Shown here: piece by piece, positions 10,153-18,602 of the stretch | How positions within the stretch are numbered: position 1 is the first letter of the stretch | How the letters are laid out: each line of letters starts with the position of its first letter | Source: Candidatus Methanomethylicaceae archaeon | GTDB lineage: Archaea; Thermoproteota; Methanomethylicia; Methanomethylicales; Methanomethylicaceae | Direction: 5' to 3' | Assembly (NCBI GenBank): GCA_015660995.1 | Contig: JACTUC010000003.1 | Span: 30,525-94,524 of the forward strand | DNA: 64,000 bases | Position numbers and translations under genes: made by a program | Notes under the pieces: model-generated | Database searches by the model: none | Told to the model about the DNA's origin: nothing | What the model saw: the letters and a program-made list of their open reading frames with translations, nothing else

Positions 10153-11007
10153 TCAAGAAGCCTCCTCTAGCTCGGCCAGTGCCTCAAGGTACTCTTCGTT
10201 GCTGAAGCGCATCTTATGCCCCTTGTTCGTGCCTTCCATGAAGGTGACACCCTTCCCCTTCATGGTGTTAGCTATTATCGCCGCAGGGCCATCTGAGAGC
10301 TCACAGAGGTCCAATGCGTCGAGGATCTTTTCAGGATCATGCCCGTTCACAACGTACGTTTGCCACCCGAAGCTCTCTATCTTACTCTTAAGGGGCGCCT
10401 TCCGCTTCACCTCTTCGGTCCTGTCGTCGAGCTGCCAGCCATTCCTATCTATTATGAGGACCAGGTTATTCAGTCTCAAGTGCGCCGCTGTCATGAGCGC
10501 CTCCCAGACCTGTCCCTCGTCGCACTCGCCATCTCCCACAAGCACATAGATGCGGTTCTTGCTCCCCCGATGCCTTGCAGCTAAGGCCATGCCTATGCCA
10601 ATGGAGAGGCCCTGCCCTAGTGAACCGGAGGGTGCGTCCACACCGGGTGTCCTTAGGTCAGGGTGCCCCTGAAGCCGCGAGTTGAGACTCTTAAGGGTCC
10701 CAAATTCCTCCTTCGGAAAGTATCCTGCCTCGGCGAGGACTGCATATAGGGCTGGTGCTGCGTGGCCTTTGCTCAAAATGAAACGGTCGCGGTCGCTCCA
10801 ATCCGGCCTATAGGGGCTATGGCGCATCTTCATGAAGTAGAGCGTGGCGATGATGTCTATGCATGACAGAGAGGCTCCAACATGGATACCTGGTAAGGTG
10901 CTTGCTGTCATCTCCAGGACCGACTTCCGAATTTTCTTTATCTTTTCCTTCAGCATCTGTATCTCTACTAAGTACCTTTGATCCATTTCTTCCTGCAATG
11001 CCCTCAT
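10153..11007 (-). CDS. Transketolase, N-terminal (thiamine-PP-binding) subunit. The start is taken at the internal ATG; the track ORF extends to a TTG at 11055.
   Basis: GHAAPALYAVLAEAGY and GSLGQGLSIGIGMA TPP-binding motifs. Confidence 0.85.
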   Translation of the reverse strand: MRALQEEMDQRYLVEIQMLKEKIKKIRKSVLEMTASTLPGIHVGASLSCIDIIATLYFMKMRHSPYRPDWSDRDRFILSKGHAAPALYAVLAEAGYFPKEEFGTLKSLNSRLQGHPDLRTPGVDAPSGSLGQGLSIGIGMALAARHRGSKNRIYVLVGDGECDEGQVWEALMTAAHLRLNNLVLIIDRNGWQLDDRTEEVKRKAPLKSKIESFGWQTYVVNGHDPEKILDALDLCELSDGPAAIIANTMKGKGVTFMEGTNKGHKMRFSNEEYLEALAELEEAS

Positions 11008-11055
11008 TGACAGAACCTCCTTTTGCACTTGGGGCTCGCGACAGTAATGAGCCAA

Positions 11056-11239
11056 AGGAGATTTTTTATTAAGATTTCTTTTTCGGATGATGTTTTATTT
11101 ACTGAAATCCTACCATTGCCAATGTCGGGTTTTATAGATATTGGAATTGGCTCACTCTGACCACCCCTTGGATTAGCTCCAATTATTCTGAGGAGGCTGA
11201 GGTTGGAGACTTGCTGGACCAGGAAGACCAGATCGATCA
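11056..11239 (-). promoter_or_regulatory. Putative promoter/5' leader of the 11-gene tkt-aro-phe-tyr operon
   Basis: AT-rich 184-bp gap upstream of tktA. TATA-like TAAATAAAAC and CTTAATAAAAAAT on the minus strand. Confidence 0.3.
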
Positions 11240-12442
11240 TTAGACCAGCCTCCTCATGTCCAGGACCCTCTTGGCCTTCCCCTCGGATCTGGGGAGGCTT
11301 CCCTGGGGCAAAACCACCACATTGGTCCGGAGGAGCGTGGAGTCCTTGATCTGTTCGAATATCTCGACCCTGAGGCGTTCCATGGTAGCTTGGTCCTTGG
11401 AAAAGCCATTGCTGACCTCCAGCTTCACAGCTATGTCGTCTATGCCCGTGAGCTCGATCAGGAAGTTGCCATTGGACTCCCTGTGCGAGGCGACGATCCT
11501 TTCTATGTTGGAAGGATAGACCCCGATGCCCCGTACCTTGATCATGTCATCGAGCCTCCCGGTGAACCAGTCGATACGCCGGTGGCTTCTGCCGCAGTCG
11601 CAGGGGCCGTCGACGATACGAGTCACGTCCCCTGTCCTGTAGCGGAGCAGGGGCATGGCCTCCCGGCTCAGGGGGGTCAGGACCAGCTCGCCCTCCTCCT
11701 CCTCACCGAGGGTCTCGCCTGTCTTCGGGTCTATAACCTCTGCGATGAAGTGGTCCTCCCAGACATGGAGACCCGATTTGGCGCTGCACTCGATGGCCAC
11801 GCCCGGGCCGCCCATCTCGGCCAGCCCGTAGTTGTTGAAGGCCTCAATGCCCAGGCAGTCCTCGATCTTGCCTCGCATGGCTTTGGTCCAGGGCTCGGCG
11901 CCAAGAACCCCGATCCTGATCTTGAGCGACTCCCGCAGCCCAGGCTGACCTTCGAAGGCCTCAATCATGCGGATGGCAAAGGACGGGATTGCGTGGAATA
12001 TGGTAACGCCGAAATCTCTCATCACCTCCAGCTGCTTCTCAGCATTGGCCGAGCCTAGTGGGATCACAGTGAGACCAAGCCGCTCTGCCCCTTGGATGAG
12101 ACCCAAGCCCCCCGTGAAGAGCCCCTGGGAGGTGGTGTTCTGGAAAATATCCCCCCTAGCGGCCCCTGCGCATGCCAAGCCCCTTGCCATCAGCTCAGAC
12201 CAAGTCCTCAGATCGCCATTGGTGTAAAAAGTCGTTATGGGCTTGCTGGTGGTGCCCGACGAGGTGTGAACTCTCACTACACTTGATAGGGGGACTGCTA
12301 GGGCGCTGAATGGGAAGCTGTCAGCGATATCCTTCTTAGTTGTGAAGGGCAGCTTGGTCAGATCTTTTAGTCCATTGAAGTTTTTCAATTTCTTTTCTCT
12401 TAGCCTCTGCCTCAAGAACGGGACGTTTTGAGCCCTCTTCAA
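11240..12442 (-). CDS. Phenylacetate-CoA ligase (PaaK)-family adenylate-forming enzyme. It is translatable only from an internal TTG, and the N-terminal region appears frameshifted.
   Basis: Strong similarity to PaaK across the central domain (NVPFLRQRL..LPFTTKKDI..SSGTTSKPI). Homologous N-terminal sequence continues upstream in frame without a start codon. Confidence 0.75.
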   Translation of the reverse strand: MKRAQNVPFLRQRLREKKLKNFNGLKDLTKLPFTTKKDIADSFPFSALAVPLSSVVRVHTSSGTTSKPITTFYTNGDLRTWSELMARGLACAGAARGDIFQNTTSQGLFTGGLGLIQGAERLGLTVIPLGSANAEKQLEVMRDFGVTIFHAIPSFAIRMIEAFEGQPGLRESLKIRIGVLGAEPWTKAMRGKIEDCLGIEAFNNYGLAEMGGPGVAIECSAKSGLHVWEDHFIAEVIDPKTGETLGEEEEGELVLTPLSREAMPLLRYRTGDVTRIVDGPCDCGRSHRRIDWFTGRLDDMIKVRGIGVYPSNIERIVASHRESNGNFLIELTGIDDIAVKLEVSNGFSKDQATMERLRVEIFEQIKDSTLLRTNVVVLPQGSLPRSEGKAKRVLDMRRLV

Positions 12443-12855
12443 GGCAATAAGTAGTTTCTTGTTTTGCAGTTTTTCTATCTCTGCATGGTTTGCTTTTTCG
12501 AGTTGCGGTTGGAAGCATCCATTAAAAGGTGTAAACGCAACCCCTTCTTATGGTAGTCTGCACTATCCATGCACCTCAAGAATTCTTTGTTTTTCTGGAA
12601 GGTTATTTATGGGGTGACCTAGGGGCGCGTCAATAAACGCAATTCCTTCTTCGATTTTGCACCCTATTGTCCTCCAGATTACTCTCATCACAACGCGCTT
12701 TTCATATTTAAAGGTTGTGGGGCGGTATGCCCACCCTTTAGATTTTCAATGGCTCAGCTGAATCGTCATCTGGTTGGAGATGGAAAATTTGCTATTTACA
12801 GAGCCCCATTAATAAGGAAAAAGACCTATTTGGAGAATATGGAAGCTGTGGTCCA

Positions 12856-13533
12856 ATGGATCTGAGAGAGATCATGAAGCTGCTCGAAAAGGAGAGCAAG
12901 CCAGAGAACAGGGAGGGGATGGCAAGGTTCGGAATTAACGTGGAGCGCGCCTATGGGGTTTCCATCCCCAGCCTGAGGAAGATGGCAAAGGAGCTTGGAA
13001 AGAGTCACGCGCTTGCCCAAGAGCTGTGGGGATCTGGCGTGCATGAGTCCAAGATACTTGCGTGCCTTGTCGACGATCCCCTAAAAGTTACCGAAGGGCA
13101 GATGGAGAAGTGGGTCATGGATTTTGACTCATGGGACATCTGTGACCTCTGCTGCAGCAACCTGTTCGATAGGACACCCTTTGCGTTCAGGAAGGCCTTC
13201 GAATGGAGCTCGAGGGATGAGGAATTCGTGAAACGGGCAGGGTTCGCCCTGATGGCTGCGCTCTCAGTGCACGATAAGAAGGCGGGTGACGAGAAGTTCC
13301 TGGAGTTTCTTCCCGTCATCAAAAGAGAGGCCACTGACCAAAGGAACTTCGTTAGGAAGGCTGTTAACTGGGCGCTGCGCCAGATAGGGAAGCGTAATGC
13401 TAAGCTTAACGAAGCCGCCATCCAGACTGCCAAGGAGATACAAGCAATAGACTCAAAGACCGCGAAGTGGATAGCGTCGGACGCGCTTCGCGAGCTGACG
13501 GGAAGGGCAGTGAGGTCTAGGATCTATGAGTAG
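12856..13533 (+). CDS. DNA alkylation repair protein (AlkD/AlkC-like HEAT-repeat glycosylase family)
   Basis: 225 aa, all-helical HEAT-like. Matches the AlkD-like 'DNA alkylation repair enzyme' family pattern (W..S...W..C). Confidence 0.65.
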   Translation: MDLREIMKLLEKESKPENREGMARFGINVERAYGVSIPSLRKMAKELGKSHALAQELWGSGVHESKILACLVDDPLKVTEGQMEKWVMDFDSWDICDLCCSNLFDRTPFAFRKAFEWSSRDEEFVKRAGFALMAALSVHDKKAGDEKFLEFLPVIKREATDQRNFVRKAVNWALRQIGKRNAKLNEAAIQTAKEIQAIDSKTAKWIASDALRELTGRAVRSRIYE

Positions 13534-13577
13534 GATTTATTTTTGTCCCCGCGTAAAATCTAACAGAATGGTCTGCT

Positions 13578-14408
13578 ATGCCACGCTTCCTATCGCTTCT
13601 GGATAGGGTAAAGGAACAACTAAAAGGTGAGAAGTCAGGTTCAGGCTTCACACGCGAGGGTTCGCTACTCATCCTCGATGCGTCCCCTCTGATTGTTGTC
13701 GGGGACCTCCATGGCGACCTAATCTCCCTAGAGACGATTCTGAACGAAGGCAGGATAAACGAGAGGCTCAAATCCGGCTGGAAGGTGGTGTTCCTGGGAG
13801 ACTATGCGGACAGGGGGCCCGATCCGCTTAGAGTATACGGAGCGCTCTTCGAGCTCAAGCTCGCTCACCCAGAAAGCGTATTCCTTCTAAAGGGCAACCA
13901 TGAAGGGATGGAGGTCGTGAAGTTCCTTCCCCATGACCTGCCTTGGCATGTGAGGAATAACTATCCAGACGATCACGAGGAGGTATACAGATCACTTCTC
14001 GAGCTCCATTCCCTGCTGCCCCTGGCAGCTGTCGTCGATTCCTGGCTTCTCTTGATGCATGGCGGCGTGACGCTGGGAATGACAAGGAGGACGCTTTCGT
14101 ACCCTTCCCAGGAGGAGCTGAAACTCATGCTTTGGAGCGATCCGTACGAGCAGGCGGAGAGGACGTCCGTCTCGCCGAGGGGGGCAGGAGTGCGATTTGG
14201 GCCAGAAGTGTCCAAAGAAGCGCTTAAGGAGCTTGGGGTCAAGTACCTGGTGAGAAGCCATTCGGCGGTGCCAGCAGGCTACCGGTTCAACCACCAGGGG
14301 ATGGTTCTAACGGTCTTCTCTGCCAAGCACGTCTACGCCCTCAAGAAAGGAGCCTACCTTGCACTGGAGCCTTTCCAGAGGCTCGAGTCAGGCATCCACC
14401 TTTTTTAA
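13578..14408 (+). CDS. PPP-family Ser/Thr protein phosphatase (PP1-arch-like metallophosphoesterase)
   Basis: GDLHGD, GDYADRG and GNHE motifs in canonical order. Confidence 0.8.
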   Translation: MPRFLSLLDRVKEQLKGEKSGSGFTREGSLLILDASPLIVVGDLHGDLISLETILNEGRINERLKSGWKVVFLGDYADRGPDPLRVYGALFELKLAHPESVFLLKGNHEGMEVVKFLPHDLPWHVRNNYPDDHEEVYRSLLELHSLLPLAAVVDSWLLLMHGGVTLGMTRRTLSYPSQEELKLMLWSDPYEQAERTSVSPRGAGVRFGPEVSKEALKELGVKYLVRSHSAVPAGYRFNHQGMVLTVFSAKHVYALKKGAYLALEPFQRLESGIHLF

Positions 14409-14488
14409 TTTGCTGCTACCTGGTTTGATGATCGTGCTGATGCCTGTCGGTCTAACCTTTATTAAACAGGTGGAAAAAAGTTCCGAGC

Positions 14489-14929
14489 ATGAGCGATCCT
14501 GAGAGGACCCGGTCGGAGCTTAAGGGTACCACTTTGAGAGTGTACTGGGTTCTACTCAGGAAAGGGGCAGAAGGGACTGGCCCCAGGGAGGTAATGAGGG
14601 AGCTCGGGCTCAGCAGCCCTAGCGTAGCTGTCTACCACCTGGAGAAGCTCAGGAACCTCGGGCTGGCAGGCAAGACGGAATCGGGAAGCTACTCAGTGAG
14701 GGAGGAGGTTAAGGTTGAGGTCTTCTCAGACTACGTCAGGGTCGTTGGGCTAATGCTGCCGAGGTACTTCTTCTACTCAGTACTCTTTACAACCATGCTC
14801 GCGACCTTCCTAATCCTATACGGGATACAGCTGTCACCGCAGTCGCTCATAACGCTTATTTTTGGCATTACTGCTTGCGCAGTGACCTGGGCGGAGACCT
14901 TGAGGGCGTGGTCGAGGAGGCCGTTCTAA
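14489..14929 (+). CDS. Winged-helix transcriptional regulator with two C-terminal transmembrane helices
   Basis: N-terminal wHTH (VAVYHLEKLRNLGL). Hydrophobic C-terminal helices. Confidence 0.5.
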   Translation: MSDPERTRSELKGTTLRVYWVLLRKGAEGTGPREVMRELGLSSPSVAVYHLEKLRNLGLAGKTESGSYSVREEVKVEVFSDYVRVVGLMLPRYFFYSVLFTTMLATFLILYGIQLSPQSLITLIFGITACAVTWAETLRAWSRRPF

Positions 14930-14978
14930 TGCGTGTTCTAAAATGTAGATTTATACCCTCTGGAAGGCTTCTATTATT

Positions 14979-15335
14979 TTGGAGTGTGTGAAAATGAAGC
15001 TAGCCCCCCTTGCCATATTCGCTGCAATAGTCGGTTTCGCACTCATATTTACGCCAGTTTTTCTGCTGAGCGGCGGAACGGTTGCCACGGGGCAATCAAC
15101 GAGCTTTTCACCAGTATTCGGAAATGGCTTGATCAACGTCTCTCAAAATACTAATGCGACGTACAATATCCTCGTCGCCGGTGCACTGACGACAAGTGCC
15201 AATGAAAGCGGAGGACAGACACAGGGGCTTTCGAACGGTTGGTCGCTCTTCGGTCCCTCGCTTGTTGTTGTGGTCGGGGTAGCAGTGGCTGGAATCGCTT
15301 ATTTTATTGTGAGGAAGGGCCTCATGGGCCTCTGA
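14979..15335 (+). CDS. Small secreted protein with N-terminal signal/anchor, multiple N-glycosylation sequons and a C-terminal TM anchor
   Basis: Signal-like N-terminus. NVS, NTN, NAT and NES sequons. C-terminal hydrophobic helix plus RKG. Confidence 0.4.
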   Translation: MECVKMKLAPLAIFAAIVGFALIFTPVFLLSGGTVATGQSTSFSPVFGNGLINVSQNTNATYNILVAGALTTSANESGGQTQGLSNGWSLFGPSLVVVVGVAVAGIAYFIVRKGLMGL

Positions 15336-15355
15336 TTTCCTTCTTACTGCAATGC

Positions 15356-16009
15356 TCATGGATAGTCTTTAAGGGTCTTTGCAGTTATCCCGTCGAGGTA
15401 GCTTGCGAGTTTCCCAGCCCTCTCGCCGACCTGCTTGATGCCAATGAATTCTGACATGCCCTTGAATTGCTTGGTCACAGATGGAGCAGTGATCACAACC
15501 AGTTTTGAGGACATCTCCGTAAGATCGAAACCCTTCCTTGGATCGTGCACAAGCAGCAAGTCACTCTTGTTTGCAACAAGTATGCAGATGTCTGGCGACG
15601 CCCTCAAGAATTCTTTCACAAGTTCCTTGGTTTTCAGCCTTTCGGAGAGGTCCCTGATGAATTTCTTTGGCTTGCCAGTCAGCTTGACGTTGTAGGGAAG
15701 GAGCAATTCATCTTCGGGTACAATGCCATACCTCGCAGTCATGAGCATGAAATCAACCTTTATTCCCTGGCTCCTTGCGTCCTCAATGCTCTTTACGATC
15801 TTCTGGAAAGAGCCTTGGAATAGGTCCTTTGCCCTTTTAACATAGCCTCCAGCTGCCTTAAGGTAGAGGGACTCGTTCTCGATGTCGAATGAAGGTACGT
15901 GGAGATCGGCTTTCTTGAGCGCCTTGACATAGTTGGAGTTCTTGGGGGAGGGAGACATGTAAACGGGCGTGCTTGCTATTACCAGAATCCGCATAGAGAA
16001 ACCTCGCAA
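15356..16009 (-). CDS. Conserved hypothetical protein (weak resemblance to the YaaA/DUF328 family)
   Basis: 217 aa. The RYGIVPEDELLLPYNVKLTG segment resembles the YaaA core. No confident assignment. Confidence 0.35.
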   Translation of the reverse strand: MRGFSMRILVIASTPVYMSPSPKNSNYVKALKKADLHVPSFDIENESLYLKAAGGYVKRAKDLFQGSFQKIVKSIEDARSQGIKVDFMLMTARYGIVPEDELLLPYNVKLTGKPKKFIRDLSERLKTKELVKEFLRASPDICILVANKSDLLLVHDPRKGFDLTEMSSKLVVITAPSVTKQFKGMSEFIGIKQVGERAGKLASYLDGITAKTLKDYP

Positions 16010-16094
16010 TCTCCCTGATGCTAGCTTGTCTGCATAGAGTTATTATCAATTTCTGTTAGCAGGCGAGGGCAAACGTGGAAACAAAGTTCCATAA

Positions 16095-17696
16095 TTATAT
16101 TGTAGCGAACCCCGATGTGGCATGGTTGTCGAGCGTGGGCCTGTAGCCTTTCAGATTCTCATCTAGGTACTCAACAACCCAGCCGTTCAGGTAGCCAGTT
16201 ACAATCCCTATGATCACTTTTATCGAGAGCTTCGCAAGAGGGTTCTTGTTATACTTGAGGTAATCCTCAGCAAGATCATTAATCCAGTGCATGTCATGCC
16301 GCCATATAGCCCGGTACAGCTCGAGGTGGTAGGTCTTTGCGTCCTCCTTCAGCCGCATGGGCTTGCTGCCACTCCCATCGAACGCTGTGAACAGTAGCGG
16401 AACAATGAAGCTCCTGCAGTCGTAGAGGTCCTCGACCAATTCAGCCGTCTTCAGAACATCATCTTCAGTTTCGCCGGGCAAGTTGATGACAAGCGTCCCG
16501 CACGGCACCCAGTTATTGTCGTGGCAGAGGCCGAATGCGTTCTTTACCACGATTTGCCAGTCAGCAGGCTTGAACGGCGCAGCTTTCATGCTCATAAGCT
16601 TGCAGATGAGTTCTGGGCTTGCTGTTTCTATCCCAGTCTGGAAGCCCATCCAGTTGTGCTTGTCCAGTGCCAGGATCTCCGATATCTCCTTGATGGTCTT
16701 CGGGGTAGTGACTATTGATGCCAAGGCAACATGGCTCGGGGCTACACCCGTGACTCCCTTAACGCCTTTAACTGCCTTGAAGAGCTCGATCACTTTCTCC
16801 GGTTGGGGAATGATGCTCGTCGTTCCGTATCTCAGGATGTCTTCAGCGTGTAAGCAGGGATAGGTCTGGCCGCTTTTAATGTTTAACTTAACCTCCTCAA
16901 CTATAACTGGCACAGACCGGTGCCTTATCCTCCTCAGGGTCGGCATGCAGAACCTGCACCCCCTCCCGCAGCCTCTTGAGACCTCGACTATTCCGCCCAC
17001 TGTTCCTCCCAGCAGGGGTGGGATCTGAGATGCATCAGGGACATGAGTCTGATCTGTCTTTATTATGACAGGCGTCTGGAGTTCTCCATTCAGGAGCTTC
17101 TTTGCCACATCGGGGAACATTAGGTCGGCCTCTCCATCGACAACAACATCGATGCCGTACCTGGCCATTAGGTCAAGGTTGAACTGGTAGGCGCCTGGCC
17201 CTCCCACGACTACTTTGGTTCCCCTCTTTCTAGTATCCTGCACGACTCTAGATAAGACCAAGTTCCTGAAGTGCACAGCATTGTATGGCTCTTCGTGTAT
17301 CCAGCCGAATTCCCCAGAGAAGGTCGAGGAAGACGGACCTTTTCCCAAGGGGTCGATCGCGGATATTCCGATTATCCTTGTTGACTCCGATAGGAAGCCC
17401 TTTATATTTCTCGGATCCGCAACCACAACTTCCTCCCTGCTAAAACCGCCATAATTTACCAGTGCAGACTCTACCCTCCGCATTCCTTGGGAGGCAATGA
17501 CAGCACGCCCTTCGCTATCCGATTTGACATTGTCAAAGATTGACCTAAGGAGCGGTGCTGTCGGGAAATATTTCAACACACGTGTCGGGGTAGAAGCCAA
17601 GAATCCATAGAATATGCTGTTGCCATAATTGCTCATCATCGTCCTATCTGCCGTGAGGAGTATCCGGCACGACGATTGATGCTCCAATACAAACAC
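16095..17696 (-). CDS. Cobalamin-binding (class B) radical SAM enzyme
   Basis: N-terminal B12-binding Rossmann-like domain (IIGISAIDPLG..VVVGGPGAY) followed by the CxxxCxxC radical-SAM motif SRGCGRGCRFC at about residue 240. 533 aa. Confidence 0.8.
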   Translation of the reverse strand: MFVLEHQSSCRILLTADRTMMSNYGNSIFYGFLASTPTRVLKYFPTAPLLRSIFDNVKSDSEGRAVIASQGMRRVESALVNYGGFSREEVVVADPRNIKGFLSESTRIIGISAIDPLGKGPSSSTFSGEFGWIHEEPYNAVHFRNLVLSRVVQDTRKRGTKVVVGGPGAYQFNLDLMARYGIDVVVDGEADLMFPDVAKKLLNGELQTPVIIKTDQTHVPDASQIPPLLGGTVGGIVEVSRGCGRGCRFCMPTLRRIRHRSVPVIVEEVKLNIKSGQTYPCLHAEDILRYGTTSIIPQPEKVIELFKAVKGVKGVTGVAPSHVALASIVTTPKTIKEISEILALDKHNWMGFQTGIETASPELICKLMSMKAAPFKPADWQIVVKNAFGLCHDNNWVPCGTLVINLPGETEDDVLKTAELVEDLYDCRSFIVPLLFTAFDGSGSKPMRLKEDAKTYHLELYRAIWRHDMHWINDLAEDYLKYNKNPLAKLSIKVIIGIVTGYLNGWVVEYLDENLKGYRPTLDNHATSGFATI

Positions 17697-17754
17697 CCCT
17701 CATATTCGTGACTGGTTGAGGATATAAGTATTCTCAATTGATCGAATATATCGA

Positions 17755-18575
17755 GTGGTGGGACGCATGGAGGATCTACTGGCAGCAATTTCAGCAATTC
17801 TCATTGCGCTATTGCCATGTCTTGTCGCGGCTGTCTATTTTGCCAGAGAAAACAAGCATGCTTGGATATGCTTCCTCGTTGGCGGAACTGGTTGGCTTGG
17901 CGCTCTGATCTTAAGGCTTCTGCCACTTCAGCTCCCTATCCTAATTGTTGGTCAATCCATTGCAACGACCCTCTTCTACTTGGCATATTCCTCCATATTG
18001 GCTGGAATCTTTGAAGAAGGCATCCGGTACTTGTTCCTGAGCAGAATACGTTACATTCAAAAGAGCTTGAAGTATGGCCTGAGCTTCGGCCTGGGCTGGG
18101 GTTTCGTCGAAGCGGTTGTGGTATGTGCGGTCAGCATTCTGGCTGCAAGCATGATGGGGTCCGGCTATCATTTCGCAGGGCATCTGCCGGGCGCTCTGGA
18201 GAGAATATCGCCATAGTCGCGCACGTTTCCTATACACTGATAGTGCTCAAGGCGCTGAAGTCCAAAAAGTTCCTGCTCGTGGCTATAGTTTTCCATGCCG
18301 TTGTCGATTTCTTCGCGTCGGTAATGACCTACTCATTGCAATTGTCTGTCTGGTCGGTTGAGGGTGTGATTGCTGCAATTACTATGGGCATCTTCATTTA
18401 CGCCTACTTATATGATGAAAAAGAAAGGCTAGCGAAGGCGATTGGAACTGCTTGGGCTTTTCCTTCTCACATCCCGCAGTGGGCTGGTTTCATCATATTT
18501 GCGCAGCCCTTTTCATCACAAAAGCTACCTTGTCTCTTGTTATACAGCCTGCAATGCCGAGGAAGAAAAGATTAA
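17755..18575 (+). pseudogene. CPBP/YhfC-type intramembrane metalloprotease, split across two frames by an apparent 1-nt frameshift near 18199-18206
   Basis: ORFs 17755..18216 and 18123..18575 are in different frames. Both are polytopic. The EExxR motif (FEEGIRY) is in the first part and FHAVVDF in the second. A GAGAGA repeat sits at the junction. Confidence 0.5.
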
Positions 18576-18602
18576 GTGCCATCTACGCAACCTTATGTCT
18601 AG

